NCBI GenBank assembly: GCA_964436025.1
Contig: CAYTBM010000001.1
Span: 8,619-56,759, forward strand
Source of the DNA: an uncultured Anaerolineaceae bacterium
Lineage (GTDB): Bacteria > Chloroflexota > Dehalococcoidia > Tepidiformales > Tepidiformaceae
Reading direction: 5' to 3'
DNA length: 48,141 nucleotides
Shown here: positions 1-7,413 of the stretch, in pieces
Layout of the letters: each line of letters opens with the position of its first letter
How positions within the stretch are numbered: the stretch's first letter is position 1
Translations under genes and position numbers: made by a program
The notes under the pieces: model-generated
Seen by the model: only the letters and a program-made list of their open reading frames with translations
What the model was told of the DNA's origin: nothing
The model's database searches: none

Positions 1-37
1 GCAGGACGTACACGGTAAAGGGCGAGGCTTCGGCCAC
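1..37 (-). CDS. GIY-YIG nuclease family protein, 5' fragment cut by the window edge (second tandem copy)
   Basis: nt 1-55 are identical to nt 339-393, which contain the GTG start (373-375) and the first codons (MAEASPFTVYVL) of the complete GIY-YIG ORF 106-375. With the 338-nt offset the start here falls at 35-37. Confidence 0.5.
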   Translation of the reverse strand, partial: MAEASPFTVYVL

Positions 38-86
38 GGCGCTCGCTCAAAAGAATTGGCTCGCCGACGTGGATTCGAACCACGAA
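1..86. repeat. Direct repeat, copy 1 (period 338 nt): GIY-YIG 5' end, 19-nt spacer, tRNA 3' half
   Basis: By eye, 1-86 aligns to 339-424 with only 2 mismatches (56 t/a, 63 g/c). Confidence 0.9.
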
Positions 87-131
87 TCCTTCCCGGGAAG
101 GACGGTTAAGAGCCGCGTGGGTGGCTGGCGA
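57..131 (-). pseudogene. tRNA-like remnant (D-arm-less, long hairpin in the variable-arm position, CTT at the anticodon position)
   Basis: The reverse complement ends ...cgtggttcgaatccacgtcggcgagcca. T-arm, 3' acceptor strand and CCA match tRNA-Asn apart from one substitution (63/401). The anticodon-like stem-loop is cggctcttaaccg, followed by a perfect hairpin tccttcccgggaagga. The 5' acceptor strand tcgccag pairs only partly, and only about 7 nt sit where a D-arm should be. The 5' portion overlaps the 3' end of CDS 106-375. Confidence 0.45.
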
Positions 132-375
132 GGCGCTCGCGGAGTTCCTGATTGGCGCGACCGGACTTGAGGGTGCGTTCGCGACGTGCGGCCTCGGCTC
201 GGGAAGGAAACGACTCGGTGAGAACGAGTTCCCATGGACCCCGGGAGGCGGTCCATCGGCTTTCGCCGGCCGCATGTTGGGCCATGCGGCGAGCAAGGTC
301 GGCGGTGTGGCCGATGTAGAGCTGTCCTTGATCGTTTTGCAGGACGTACACGGTAAAGGGCGAGGCTTCGGCCAC
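106..375 (-). CDS. GIY-YIG nuclease family protein (small, UPF0213/YhbQ-like)
   Basis: 89 aa. N-terminus FTVYVLQNDQGQLYIGHTADLARRMAQH is the classic GIY-(x10)-YIG module followed by R..QH. GTG start. The TAA stop (106-108) lies in the anticodon-loop-like ttaa of the tRNA-like remnant. Confidence 0.8.
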   Translation of the reverse strand: MAEASPFTVYVLQNDQGQLYIGHTADLARRMAQHAAGESRWTASRGPWELVLTESFPSRAEAARRERTLKSGRANQELRERLASHPRGS

Positions 376-424
376 GGCGCTCGCTCAAAAGAAATGGCTC
401 CCCGACGTGGATTCGAACCACGAA
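339..424. repeat. Direct repeat, copy 2 (period 338 nt)
   Basis: See copy 1. Covers the first 37 nt of the GIY-YIG CDS, the spacer, and the acceptor-3' strand plus T-arm of tRNA-Asn. Confidence 0.9.
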
Positions 425-469
425 CACCGCGGTTAACAGCCGCGTGCTCTACCGTTGAGCTATCGGGGA
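395..469 (-). tRNA. tRNA-Asn (anticodon GTT)
   Basis: Reverse complement: tccccgatagctcaacggtagagcacgcggctgttaaccgcggtgttcgtggttcgaatccacgtcggggagcca. It folds as a perfect cloverleaf: 7-bp acceptor, gctc/gagc D-stem, cgcgg/ccgcg anticodon stem with loop ctGTTaa, cgtgg/ccacg T-stem with loop ttcgaat, and encoded CCA. Confidence 0.95.
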
Positions 470-490
470 TCGCTTCTCAGTTTCGGAAAT

Positions 491-520
491 GGGCCGTGAA
501 GGTGCAACTCGGGACGGCCC
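491..520 (-). terminator. Possible terminator hairpin downstream of the CoA-transferase gene
   Basis: gggccgt(16 nt)acggccc, a 7-bp GC stem. On the minus strand it is followed by auuuccgaaa, a weak U-tract, and the loop is large. Confidence 0.25.
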
Positions 521-565
521 CTATCTCAATCCCGGCGGCGAAGTTCGTGCGCCAACCTGCGCCAA

Positions 566-1765
566 TCACTCGGCGCGATACGTCACGCCCGACACCCGCA
601 TCGCCTCGATTTCGTCCCAGGTGTAGCCAATCTCCAGCAGCACTTCTTCCGTGTGCTGGCCGAGTTCGGGCGCCGGACCCTGGATCCCGCCGGGCGTCTC
701 ACTCAGCTCGACCGGGATTCCCACGACACGATGGTCGGGGAAGTTCGGGTGCTCAAGCTCCGCGAGGTAGCCGTTGACCCACATCTGTTCGTCCGCTGCG
801 ACTTCGGCGTAGTCGTAGACGGGGCCGGTGGGGACATCTGCCTCCATGAGCCTGCGCATTGCTTCATCGCGCGGGAACTTCGCGAAGGCTTTTTCGAGTT
901 CGGCGAAGACCCACTCGCGGTTGTCGGAGCGAGCGAAGGCGTCGGCGGAGCGAGGGTCCGTGGCGAGGTCGGGGCGTTCGAGGGCTGCGCAGAGTTTCGG
1001 CCAGTTCTTTGGGTCGAGGACGCCCACGGTTACCCATTTGCCATCGCTGCCCTGGTACCACGAGAACGGCGGGTTGCCGGCGCGGGCATACGGAAGGACG
1101 CCCTGGCGGCCGTTGTGAAGGAACGCCTGCAGCCCGAGGGCCTGCAAGGTGAGCATCGCGCCGAGCTGCGAGACATCGACCTTCTGGCCGACCCCGAAGC
1201 GCTCGCGGGCGACGATGGCGTTGGAGATTCCGAAGGCGAACACCATGGAGCCTACCTGGTCAGCCAGCCCCCAGGGCCCGTTGCGAGGCTCAAGCCCGGG
1301 GCCGCCGCCCATGGAGACCATGGCGCCGCTCATGCCCTGGGAAACGACGTCGAATGAACCGCGTTCGCGCCATTGGCCACGCGGGCCAAACCCGCTGTTG
1401 GTGGCATAGATCAGCCGGGAGTTCGCCTCGCGGAGCACCTCATAGCCCAGGCCGACGGAATCGAGGAATCCCGGCCGGAAGTTCTCAGCGAGGACGTCGT
1501 ACACCTGGATGAGCCGCAGGACGACCTCTCGGGCGGATTCCTTTCGCAGGTCCAGGGTGATGCTCTTCTTGCCGCGGTTGAGGGCTTCGAAATAGGAGCA
1601 GAACCCGTCTTTGCCAACGCCGAGAGCGCGCCCGAGGTCACCACCGGCCGGGGTTTCGACCTTGAGCACGTCCGCTCCCATGTCCGAGAGCATGACGGTC
1701 GCGTGCGGGCCGTTCTGGTAGCGGGTGAAGTCCAGCACCTTAATCCCGTCGAGCGGACCCTTCAT
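566..1765 (-). CDS. CaiB/BaiF family III CoA-transferase
   Basis: MKGPLDGIKVLDFTRYQNGPHATVMLSDMGADVLKVE is the canonical family III N-terminus. The ATG at 1763-1765 is preceded by GGAGG. The upstream 71 codons of ORF 566-1978 are Pro/Arg-rich and look like an artefact. Confidence 0.9.
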   Translation of the reverse strand: MKGPLDGIKVLDFTRYQNGPHATVMLSDMGADVLKVETPAGGDLGRALGVGKDGFCSYFEALNRGKKSITLDLRKESAREVVLRLIQVYDVLAENFRPGFLDSVGLGYEVLREANSRLIYATNSGFGPRGQWRERGSFDVVSQGMSGAMVSMGGGPGLEPRNGPWGLADQVGSMVFAFGISNAIVARERFGVGQKVDVSQLGAMLTLQALGLQAFLHNGRQGVLPYARAGNPPFSWYQGSDGKWVTVGVLDPKNWPKLCAALERPDLATDPRSADAFARSDNREWVFAELEKAFAKFPRDEAMRRLMEADVPTGPVYDYAEVAADEQMWVNGYLAELEHPNFPDHRVVGIPVELSETPGGIQGPAPELGQHTEEVLLEIGYTWDEIEAMRVSGVTYRAE

Positions 1766-1826
1766 GAGCAACCTCCAAGCGCAGCGGATTGTAGTGTGTT
1801 TGGCCCGCGTGGGGGCCAGCGCGGTG

Positions 1827-2411
1827 CTAGACCTCGGCCCGCGGCGTGGCGGGAGCGCAGAATTGCCGGATCTGGGCGGCGTGTTCCGCTGTGTGGGCGG
1901 GCAGTCCTGCCAGGATCCAGGCGTGTGGCCGCCCGGCGTAACGATGCGCGGGAGGCAGCTCCCTTGATGCGGATTCATCGGTCATTGGCGCAAGGCTCAC
2001 GTTCGCGCGTTCACGGCAGTAATCGATGTACGCACCGATGTCGGTCGCACTCCAGGCGGCCGGAAGCGCCGGCAGGTCACGCCAGTGCGGATGGCCTGCG
2101 AACGGCGGCGGAGGAGACCAGCGGCTGAACTCGCCGTTGAGGTCGTAATCGAGGCTCTCGAGGGCGTGCCAGGCCACGCTCCAGGGGGTTGATCGGCGCC
2201 GTACCCATTGCCTGGCCAGATTTGACCGTTGCAGGGTATCCGTGACTGGCGCCCAGTTTTCGTCCAGGAACTGGTGGTCGGGCGGGAGAGTGGGGGTTTG
2301 CCACATCGGCTGCTCCCAGAGCCCGGCGGGGCAGTCGCGCACTGCTTCTGCCAGGTCGTCCAGCGTGTGGGCAAGGCTGCGGGCGAGGGCGTTAGCCCAC
2401 ACGGAGGACAT
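1827..2411 (-). CDS. DinB-like (DinB_2 superfamily) protein
   Basis: His-containing four-helix-bundle-like pattern (LAHTLDDLAEAV...WHALESLDYD...AEHAAQI). The start at 2411 lies 3 nt past the stop of the upstream SDR gene (2414), consistent with coupling. Confidence 0.6.
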   Translation of the reverse strand: MSSVWANALARSLAHTLDDLAEAVRDCPAGLWEQPMWQTPTLPPDHQFLDENWAPVTDTLQRSNLARQWVRRRSTPWSVAWHALESLDYDLNGEFSRWSPPPPFAGHPHWRDLPALPAAWSATDIGAYIDYCRERANVSLAPMTDESASRELPPAHRYAGRPHAWILAGLPAHTAEHAAQIRQFCAPATPRAEV

Positions 2412-2413
2412 GG

Positions 2414-3241
2414 CTAGTGCTGAACCGCCATGCCACCGTCGATGTTGATCGACTGTCCGGTGATCCATGAACCCTGATCGCTGCAGAGGTAGATGGTTGC
2501 CCAGGCGATCTCCTCGCCGGCGCCCATGCGGCGAAGGGGAATGCGGGCAGTGGAAGCGTCCCAGGCTGGGGTGCCGCGGATGTCGTCGATGCGGACGGTG
2601 TCAACGAGGCCGGGGCAAATGGCGTTGACCCGGATGCCGAACTGCCCGACTTCCTGTGCCATCGAAGCGGTGAGCGCCTGGATGCCGGCCTTGCTCGATG
2701 CGTATGCGGATGTGTTTGGCGGGAGGATCTTCCCTGCGATGGAAGAGATGTTGACGATGGAGCCTCCCTGCCTGGCGTCGATCAGGTGCTGGCCGAAGAT
2801 TTTGGACATCAAGAACGTGCCGCGGAGGTTCACGCGGATGACCGTGTCCCAAGCGTCGATCGGCATATCAACCACCGGGACACGGTCCCGGCCGCGGGCT
2901 GCCCCGGCGTTGTTGACGACGAAGTCGACGCGGCCAAACTCGTCGAGCGCGCGCTTGAGCAGTGCGCGGACGGAGCCTTCATCACCGACATCCGATGCGA
3001 GGCCGATAGCCGTGCCGCCGGCGGTGCGGATCTCCTCTTCGACCGACGCGACATCGCGCCAGCCCGCGGCTTTCTCCTCGTCGGGGTAATGTTCGGGCGA
3101 GCGGCCGGAGCCTGTGACAATGATCTTGCAGCCGGCTTTCGCCAGCTCGACAGCTATGGGCCGGCCGATGCTTCGCATCCGGCCGCCGCCGGTAACTACG
3201 GCGACTTTGCCTTCGAGACCGGAGAGTTGAATCCCGTCCAT
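2414..3241 (-). CDS. SDR family oxidoreductase (FabG-like)
   Basis: GKVAVVTGGG...NNAG...catalytic S..YASSKAG...PG motifs. Confidence 0.9.
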   Translation of the reverse strand: MDGIQLSGLEGKVAVVTGGGRMRSIGRPIAVELAKAGCKIIVTGSGRSPEHYPDEEKAAGWRDVASVEEEIRTAGGTAIGLASDVGDEGSVRALLKRALDEFGRVDFVVNNAGAARGRDRVPVVDMPIDAWDTVIRVNLRGTFLMSKIFGQHLIDARQGGSIVNISSIAGKILPPNTSAYASSKAGIQALTASMAQEVGQFGIRVNAICPGLVDTVRIDDIRGTPAWDASTARIPLRRMGAGEEIAWATIYLCSDQGSWITGQSINIDGGMAVQH

Positions 3242-3277
3242 GAACCTGCCTCCAGAGCGAGGGTGTGGGGCGGGATT

Positions 3278-3466
3278 CTACGCGGACGGCGGTGGTGGCT
3301 GTGGCTTGCCTGCTTTCGTGTCTGGCTGGTTGGGCCGGGCATGCGCGGACTGAAAAGGCTCTCCCCGCTCGGAGCCGCTCCGGCACGCGCCACATTGGCC
3401 GAATGCGCGAGAAATGTCGGAGTGCAGCGTGGTGCCGCAGGTCGAACAAGTTTGCGAGCTGCTCAT
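3278..3466 (-). CDS. Small putative zinc-ribbon protein
   Basis: 62 aa with CSTC...(14)...CGAC and a Pro-rich tail. Its start overlaps the stop of the upstream phosphoesterase gene as ATGA (3463-3466). Confidence 0.45.
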   Translation of the reverse strand: MSSSQTCSTCGTTLHSDISRAFGQCGACRSGSERGEPFQSAHARPNQPDTKAGKPQPPPPSA

Positions 3467-4077
3467 GCGCCACCCGCGGCTGACGCAAGGTACTCATCGC
3501 GGCTGCGTTCGAAGTCCTCGGTGGTCACGTCGATGGCAATCGCCTGGCAAGGATTCGGGGCGCCTTCGCTGTGGCCAAGCACAATGATTTCCGCGTGGAT
3601 CCGGCCGGGCTTTACCTCCAGGATGCCCAGCGTGCCCAGTCTCGTGGACAGGTGGTGCGGGAGGATCGGGCTGCCGGAGTTCATGAGGAGGGTGCCCTCG
3701 CGGTGTTCGAGCCGTTCGACGTGAGTATCGCCGCCGATGAGGATGTCGACGCGCTCGCCCTGGAGCGATGAGCGCAAAATTTCCTCGATTGGACGGGATT
3801 CCGGGCGCAGCTCGTGCGTCATGCCGATGCGCCATCCGTTTACATCGAGCAGCTGCCGCTTGGCCATGCGCGCATCGTCGAAAAGGTCGTTGTTACCTTC
3901 AGCGATGAGAATTGGGGCGAACTGGGCGCACCACTCAATAACAGAGGGCGCGGTCACATCCCCACCGTGAAGGATGAGGTCCACGCCGCGGAGGACATCA
4001 CCGATTTGCGGTCCGAGCTCATCCAGAGAGCGGACGAGGGAAGGCAAGTGGGTATCAGCGATGAGGCCGATGCGCAT
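3463..4077 (-). CDS. Metallophosphoesterase, YfcE/MJ0936 family
   Basis: MRIGLIADTH...HGGD...GNND...GDTH motifs. SD-like acggag upstream. Confidence 0.9.
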   Translation of the reverse strand: MRIGLIADTHLPSLVRSLDELGPQIGDVLRGVDLILHGGDVTAPSVIEWCAQFAPILIAEGNNDLFDDARMAKRQLLDVNGWRIGMTHELRPESRPIEEILRSSLQGERVDILIGGDTHVERLEHREGTLLMNSGSPILPHHLSTRLGTLGILEVKPGRIHAEIIVLGHSEGAPNPCQAIAIDVTTEDFERSRDEYLASAAGGA

Positions 4078-4206
4078 CTCCGTACGCTATCCTCGTCCCC
4101 GCTGGGCGACAAGCGGCGGCGGAGACCCGGGAGGGGGCGCGCCGTTGCCGGCATTCGCGTATGCTCCGGCCTTCCAAGACACCCTGGTTGAGGAAGGTTT
4201 CGACCC

Positions 4207-5388
4207 ATGAGTCAAACACGAAATGCGGCAATAGCCGGCATCCACGAGTATCCGCTGCGAGTTGCTCCGGGCGTTTCGGCGATGCAGATTAAGGCTGCGT
4301 CGCTGAAAGCGGCGCTCGACGACGCCGGTCTCAAGTGGAGCGACGTAGACGGACTTTACGACGCAGGCGACGGGGAAGGCGGCGGTGGGCTCGGGCTTGC
4401 GGCGTACCTCGGGCTCAAGCCGAACGTCATCGACACCACGCAGGTTGGCGGCTCTTCCTACGAATTCCATGCGGCCCACGCGCTGCGTGATATTGCAGCG
4501 GGGCGGGTGAAGGTTGCCGTGACGACGTACGGTTCGACGGCCGCATCGCAGCGGTTCGCGATCGGCACGGGCGGAGGCCGCGGAGGGGCGAGCTGGTCCA
4601 CGAACATGGAGGCTCCGTACGGCTCCACGCTGATCAGCAACTACGCCATGGTGAAGCAGCGGCACATGCACCAGTACGGCACGACGAACGAGCAGCTCGC
4701 AGAGATCTCTGTCGCGACCCGCAAGCACGCGATGCGCAACCCTGAAGCAGTCAAAGCGATGACTGACCTCCAGTTTGTGAAGGTCGACAACATCAGCGTG
4801 GGCGATGTCCTCGAGTCGCGCATGGTGGCATCGCCCCTGCGGCTGCTGGAGTGCTGCATGGTGTCTGACGGGGGCGGCGCCTGCGTGTTCGTCGCGCCGG
4901 AGATTGCTCGCGACATCAAGAAGAAGCCGGTCTGGATCCTTGGCTCGGGCGAGGCGACGAAGTACCGCGAGAACGGTGGAGATATCACCGTGAGCGCCGC
5001 GCGGCAGAGCGCCCCGCCCGCGTTCGCACAGGCCGGCGTACGGCCCGACGAAATCGACATCGCGATGATCTATGACTCGTTCACGATCACAGTCGCCGTG
5101 TGTCTGGAAGACCTGGGCTTCTGCAAGAAGGGCGAGGCGGGGCAGTTCGTCGGAGACGGGCACCTGGCGTTCGACAAGCCGGGCTTGACCCTGAACACCG
5201 ACGGCGGCGGCCTCTCCTCAAACCACCCGGGTATGCGCGGGCTCTTCCTCCTGCTGGAGGCGACGCGGCAGCTCCGCGGCGAATCAACCTCGCAGGTGGC
5301 GGGCGCCAAGCTCGCTGTGGCGCACGGCAACGGCGGACTCCTCGGCGGCACGCATACCGGCGGCACCGTCATTCTCGCAGCCGATTAG
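4207..5388 (+). CDS. Thiolase-fold protein (SCP-x / lipid-transfer-type, non-acetoacetyl)
   Basis: 393 aa of thiolase-like sequence (AIAGIHEYP...; C-terminal NTDGGGLSSNHPGMRGL, GNGG). Followed by a DUF35 OB-fold partner gene, which is the usual pairing. Confidence 0.85.
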   Translation: MSQTRNAAIAGIHEYPLRVAPGVSAMQIKAASLKAALDDAGLKWSDVDGLYDAGDGEGGGGLGLAAYLGLKPNVIDTTQVGGSSYEFHAAHALRDIAAGRVKVAVTTYGSTAASQRFAIGTGGGRGGASWSTNMEAPYGSTLISNYAMVKQRHMHQYGTTNEQLAEISVATRKHAMRNPEAVKAMTDLQFVKVDNISVGDVLESRMVASPLRLLECCMVSDGGGACVFVAPEIARDIKKKPVWILGSGEATKYRENGGDITVSAARQSAPPAFAQAGVRPDEIDIAMIYDSFTITVAVCLEDLGFCKKGEAGQFVGDGHLAFDKPGLTLNTDGGGLSSNHPGMRGLFLLLEATRQLRGESTSQVAGAKLAVAHGNGGLLGGTHTGGTVILAAD

Positions 5389-5447
5389 ACACTCATTCGG
5401 ACGGCTCCGGCCCCCGGAAACTGACTGAAGACAAGGAAGGACCAGCA

Positions 5448-5861
5448 ATGCCGAATCGACCGCAACCGCACTTCCCAGAGCCGGACACGAAGCACTACTG
5501 GGACGGCGTGAAAGAAGGCGAGCTTCGCTACCAGACGTGCGACGCCTGTAACAGCGTGAATTTCTATCCCACGGCCCATTGCCAGGCGTGTGGCAACCTC
5601 AGCCTGACGTGGAAGACGTCGAAGGGCGAGGGGGCCGTTTACACGTTCTCCGTGGTCATGCAGAACCGCATCCCCGGGTTCCAGGAACTGGGCGCGTACG
5701 CCGTAGCCTACGTCGACCTGGACGAAGGCTTTCGCATGCTCACGAACGTGATGGTCGACGGGGACCCGACGCAGAATGTGAAGATCGGCCAGCGGGTGAA
5801 GGTCGACTTTGAGAAGCAGGACAGCGGCGAGTACCCGATCCCGATCTTCCGCCCTATCTGA
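5448..5861 (+). CDS. Zn-ribbon/OB-fold protein (DUF35 family)
   Basis: CDACNSVNFYPTAHCQACG rubredoxin-like knuckle followed by an OB fold (GAVYTFSVV...). AAGGAAGG SD 8 nt upstream of the ATG at 5448. Confidence 0.85.
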   Translation: MPNRPQPHFPEPDTKHYWDGVKEGELRYQTCDACNSVNFYPTAHCQACGNLSLTWKTSKGEGAVYTFSVVMQNRIPGFQELGAYAVAYVDLDEGFRMLTNVMVDGDPTQNVKIGQRVKVDFEKQDSGEYPIPIFRPI

Positions 5862-5876
5862 CCAGGAGGTGGCACT

Positions 5877-6794
5877 GTGGCCCTGAATCCGCAGGCACAG
5901 GTTGTTCTTGACATGATGGCGGCCGCTGGTTTTCAGCTCGAAGGAGATCCGCAGGCCGTCCGCGACATGATGGCCCTGGCCCCGCGCCCCCAGGGCGAGG
6001 ACGTGGCCGCGGTTGAAGACCGCACGATTCCCGCGAACGGCGCCGAGATCCCGGTGCGCATCTACCGGCCCGACCTGCGCCAGGGAGCCAAGCCGGTCCT
6101 TGTATGGTTCCACGGCGGCGGTTGGGTGATCGGTTCACTCGATGGCGCCGACTTTGGGTGCCGGCTGATGACCAACGCGAGCGGCTGCGTTGTCATTTCG
6201 GTCGATTACCGGCTCGCGCCGGAGAGCAAGTTCCCGACTGCCGCGGATGACTGTTTCGCGGTAACGACGTGGATTTCCGAGAACGCCCGGGAACTCGGAG
6301 TGGACGCGAACCGGCTCGCGGTGGGAGGCGACAGCGCGGGTGGGAACCTGGCCGCCGTTGTCTCCCAGATGGCGCGTGACGCCGGGGGACCGGCGATCAA
6401 GTACCAGGCGCTGATCTACCCGGTGACTCACCATAACTACGACACCCCTTCGTACACGGAGAATGCCGAAGGGTTCCTGTTGACCAGGTCGTCGATGGTC
6501 TGGTTCTGGGGACACTACCTCCGCAGCGAGGACGACGGGCGTCATCCGAAGGCTTCGCCGATCCTTCATGAGGACTTGAAAGAGCTGCCGCCGGCGCTCG
6601 TCATCACGGCCGAGTACGACCCGCTTCGCGATGAGGGCGAAGCGTACGCCAAGAAGCTGAAGGAAGCCGGGGTGCAGGTCGAAGCGAAGCGGTATGACGG
6701 GCAAATCCACGGCTTCTTTGCCAACCCGGCCATCGACGATGGCGTCGCGGCGGCTCGGATGGTCGGCGAACGTCTGAAAGCGGCGCTGGGCTAA
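5877..6794 (+). CDS. Alpha/beta hydrolase, hormone-sensitive-lipase (family IV) esterase
   Basis: HGGGW oxyanion motif, GDSAGG nucleophile elbow, C-terminal DPLRDEG and H. AGGAGG SD before the GTG. Confidence 0.9.
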   Translation: MALNPQAQVVLDMMAAAGFQLEGDPQAVRDMMALAPRPQGEDVAAVEDRTIPANGAEIPVRIYRPDLRQGAKPVLVWFHGGGWVIGSLDGADFGCRLMTNASGCVVISVDYRLAPESKFPTAADDCFAVTTWISENARELGVDANRLAVGGDSAGGNLAAVVSQMARDAGGPAIKYQALIYPVTHHNYDTPSYTENAEGFLLTRSSMVWFWGHYLRSEDDGRHPKASPILHEDLKELPPALVITAEYDPLRDEGEAYAKKLKEAGVQVEAKRYDGQIHGFFANPAIDDGVAAARMVGERLKAALG

Positions 6795-6801
6795 CGCGCT
6801 G

Positions 6802-7413
6802 GTGAAGACGCTCGTCGCAGTCCTCTTTCCGAACTTCGAGCTGCTTGACCTCGCCGGGCCGCTCGAAATGTTTGGGAACCTGAAGGACCGTCTTGAGGTC
6901 CTCACGGTCGCTGAGCGGACCGGGGAGGTAGCGAGCGCGCAGGGAGTCGCCGTGGAGGCCCAGCAGGCGTTTGAAAGCTGCCCGGGAGCCGATTGGGTGC
7001 TGCTACCGGGCGGCATCGGGACGTTCACGGAAGGTAGGAATCCGGCGATGCTCGGGTTCCTTCAACGGATGTCGGCCGGAGCGGAGCAAGTCATGACGGT
7101 TTGCTCCGGAAGCGGGCTCCTGGCGCGTGCCGGCGTGCTCGACGGCCTGCGAGCAACGACGAACAAGGCGTACTTCGCGCAGTGTTCCGGCGAGGGACCG
7201 GCGGTGGACTGGGTGAAAGAGGCGCGGTGGGTAGAGGACGGCAAGTTCGCCACGTCGTCCGGCGTTTCCGCGGGCATGGATATGGCCCTGGCCGTCATCG
7301 CGAAGCACTTCGGCGCCGAAACAGCGGAACAACTGGCGCTGATGACGGAGTACGAATGGCACCGGGATCCGGGCTGGGACCCCTTCGCGAAGGCGCACGG
7401 CCTCGTGGTCTAA
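6802..7413 (+). CDS. DJ-1/PfpI family protein
   Basis: LLDLAGPLEMF...VCSGSGLLARAG nucleophile-elbow Cys. GTG start. Confidence 0.85.
   Translation: MKTLVAVLFPNFELLDLAGPLEMFGNLKDRLEVLTVAERTGEVASAQGVAVEAQQAFESCPGADWVLLPGGIGTFTEGRNPAMLGFLQRMSAGAEQVMTVCSGSGLLARAGVLDGLRATTNKAYFAQCSGEGPAVDWVKEARWVEDGKFATSSGVSAGMDMALAVIAKHFGAETAEQLALMTEYEWHRDPGWDPFAKAHGLVV

Noticed and set aside
57-131. A functional tRNA-Lys(CTT) or class II tRNA at the left edge.
   Set aside because: Only about 7 nt lie between the acceptor 5' strand and the anticodon stem, so there is no D-arm. The acceptor stem has an A-C mismatch, the anticodon stem is only 4 bp including a G-U pair, and a long variable arm is not expected for Lys. 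It is better described as a tRNA-derived remnant, and it is also overlapped by a CDS.
1766-1978. N-terminal extensions of track ORFs: 566-1978, 10642-12207, 14774-18268, 21435-22688, 26258-27754, 37337-38398 and 41889-42773.
   Set aside because: The family-typical N-termini begin at internal Met/Val codons, in several cases with good SD sequences (for example GAGGAGG before the carB GTG at 18022). The extensions are Pro/Arg-rich, overlap upstream genes or intergenic regulatory RNA, and lack homology-like motifs.
4087-5163. 358-aa minus-strand ORF antisense to the thiolase gene. Similar long antisense ORFs occur at 6135-7028, 16280-17890, 20872-22032, 40920-41636 and 44595-45824.
   Set aside because: All are fully overlapped by opposite-strand genes with unmistakable family motifs. 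Their translations are Arg/Pro/Gly/His-rich low-complexity sequence with no recognisable domain. Long stop-free antisense frames are an expected artefact in DNA of about 65% GC.
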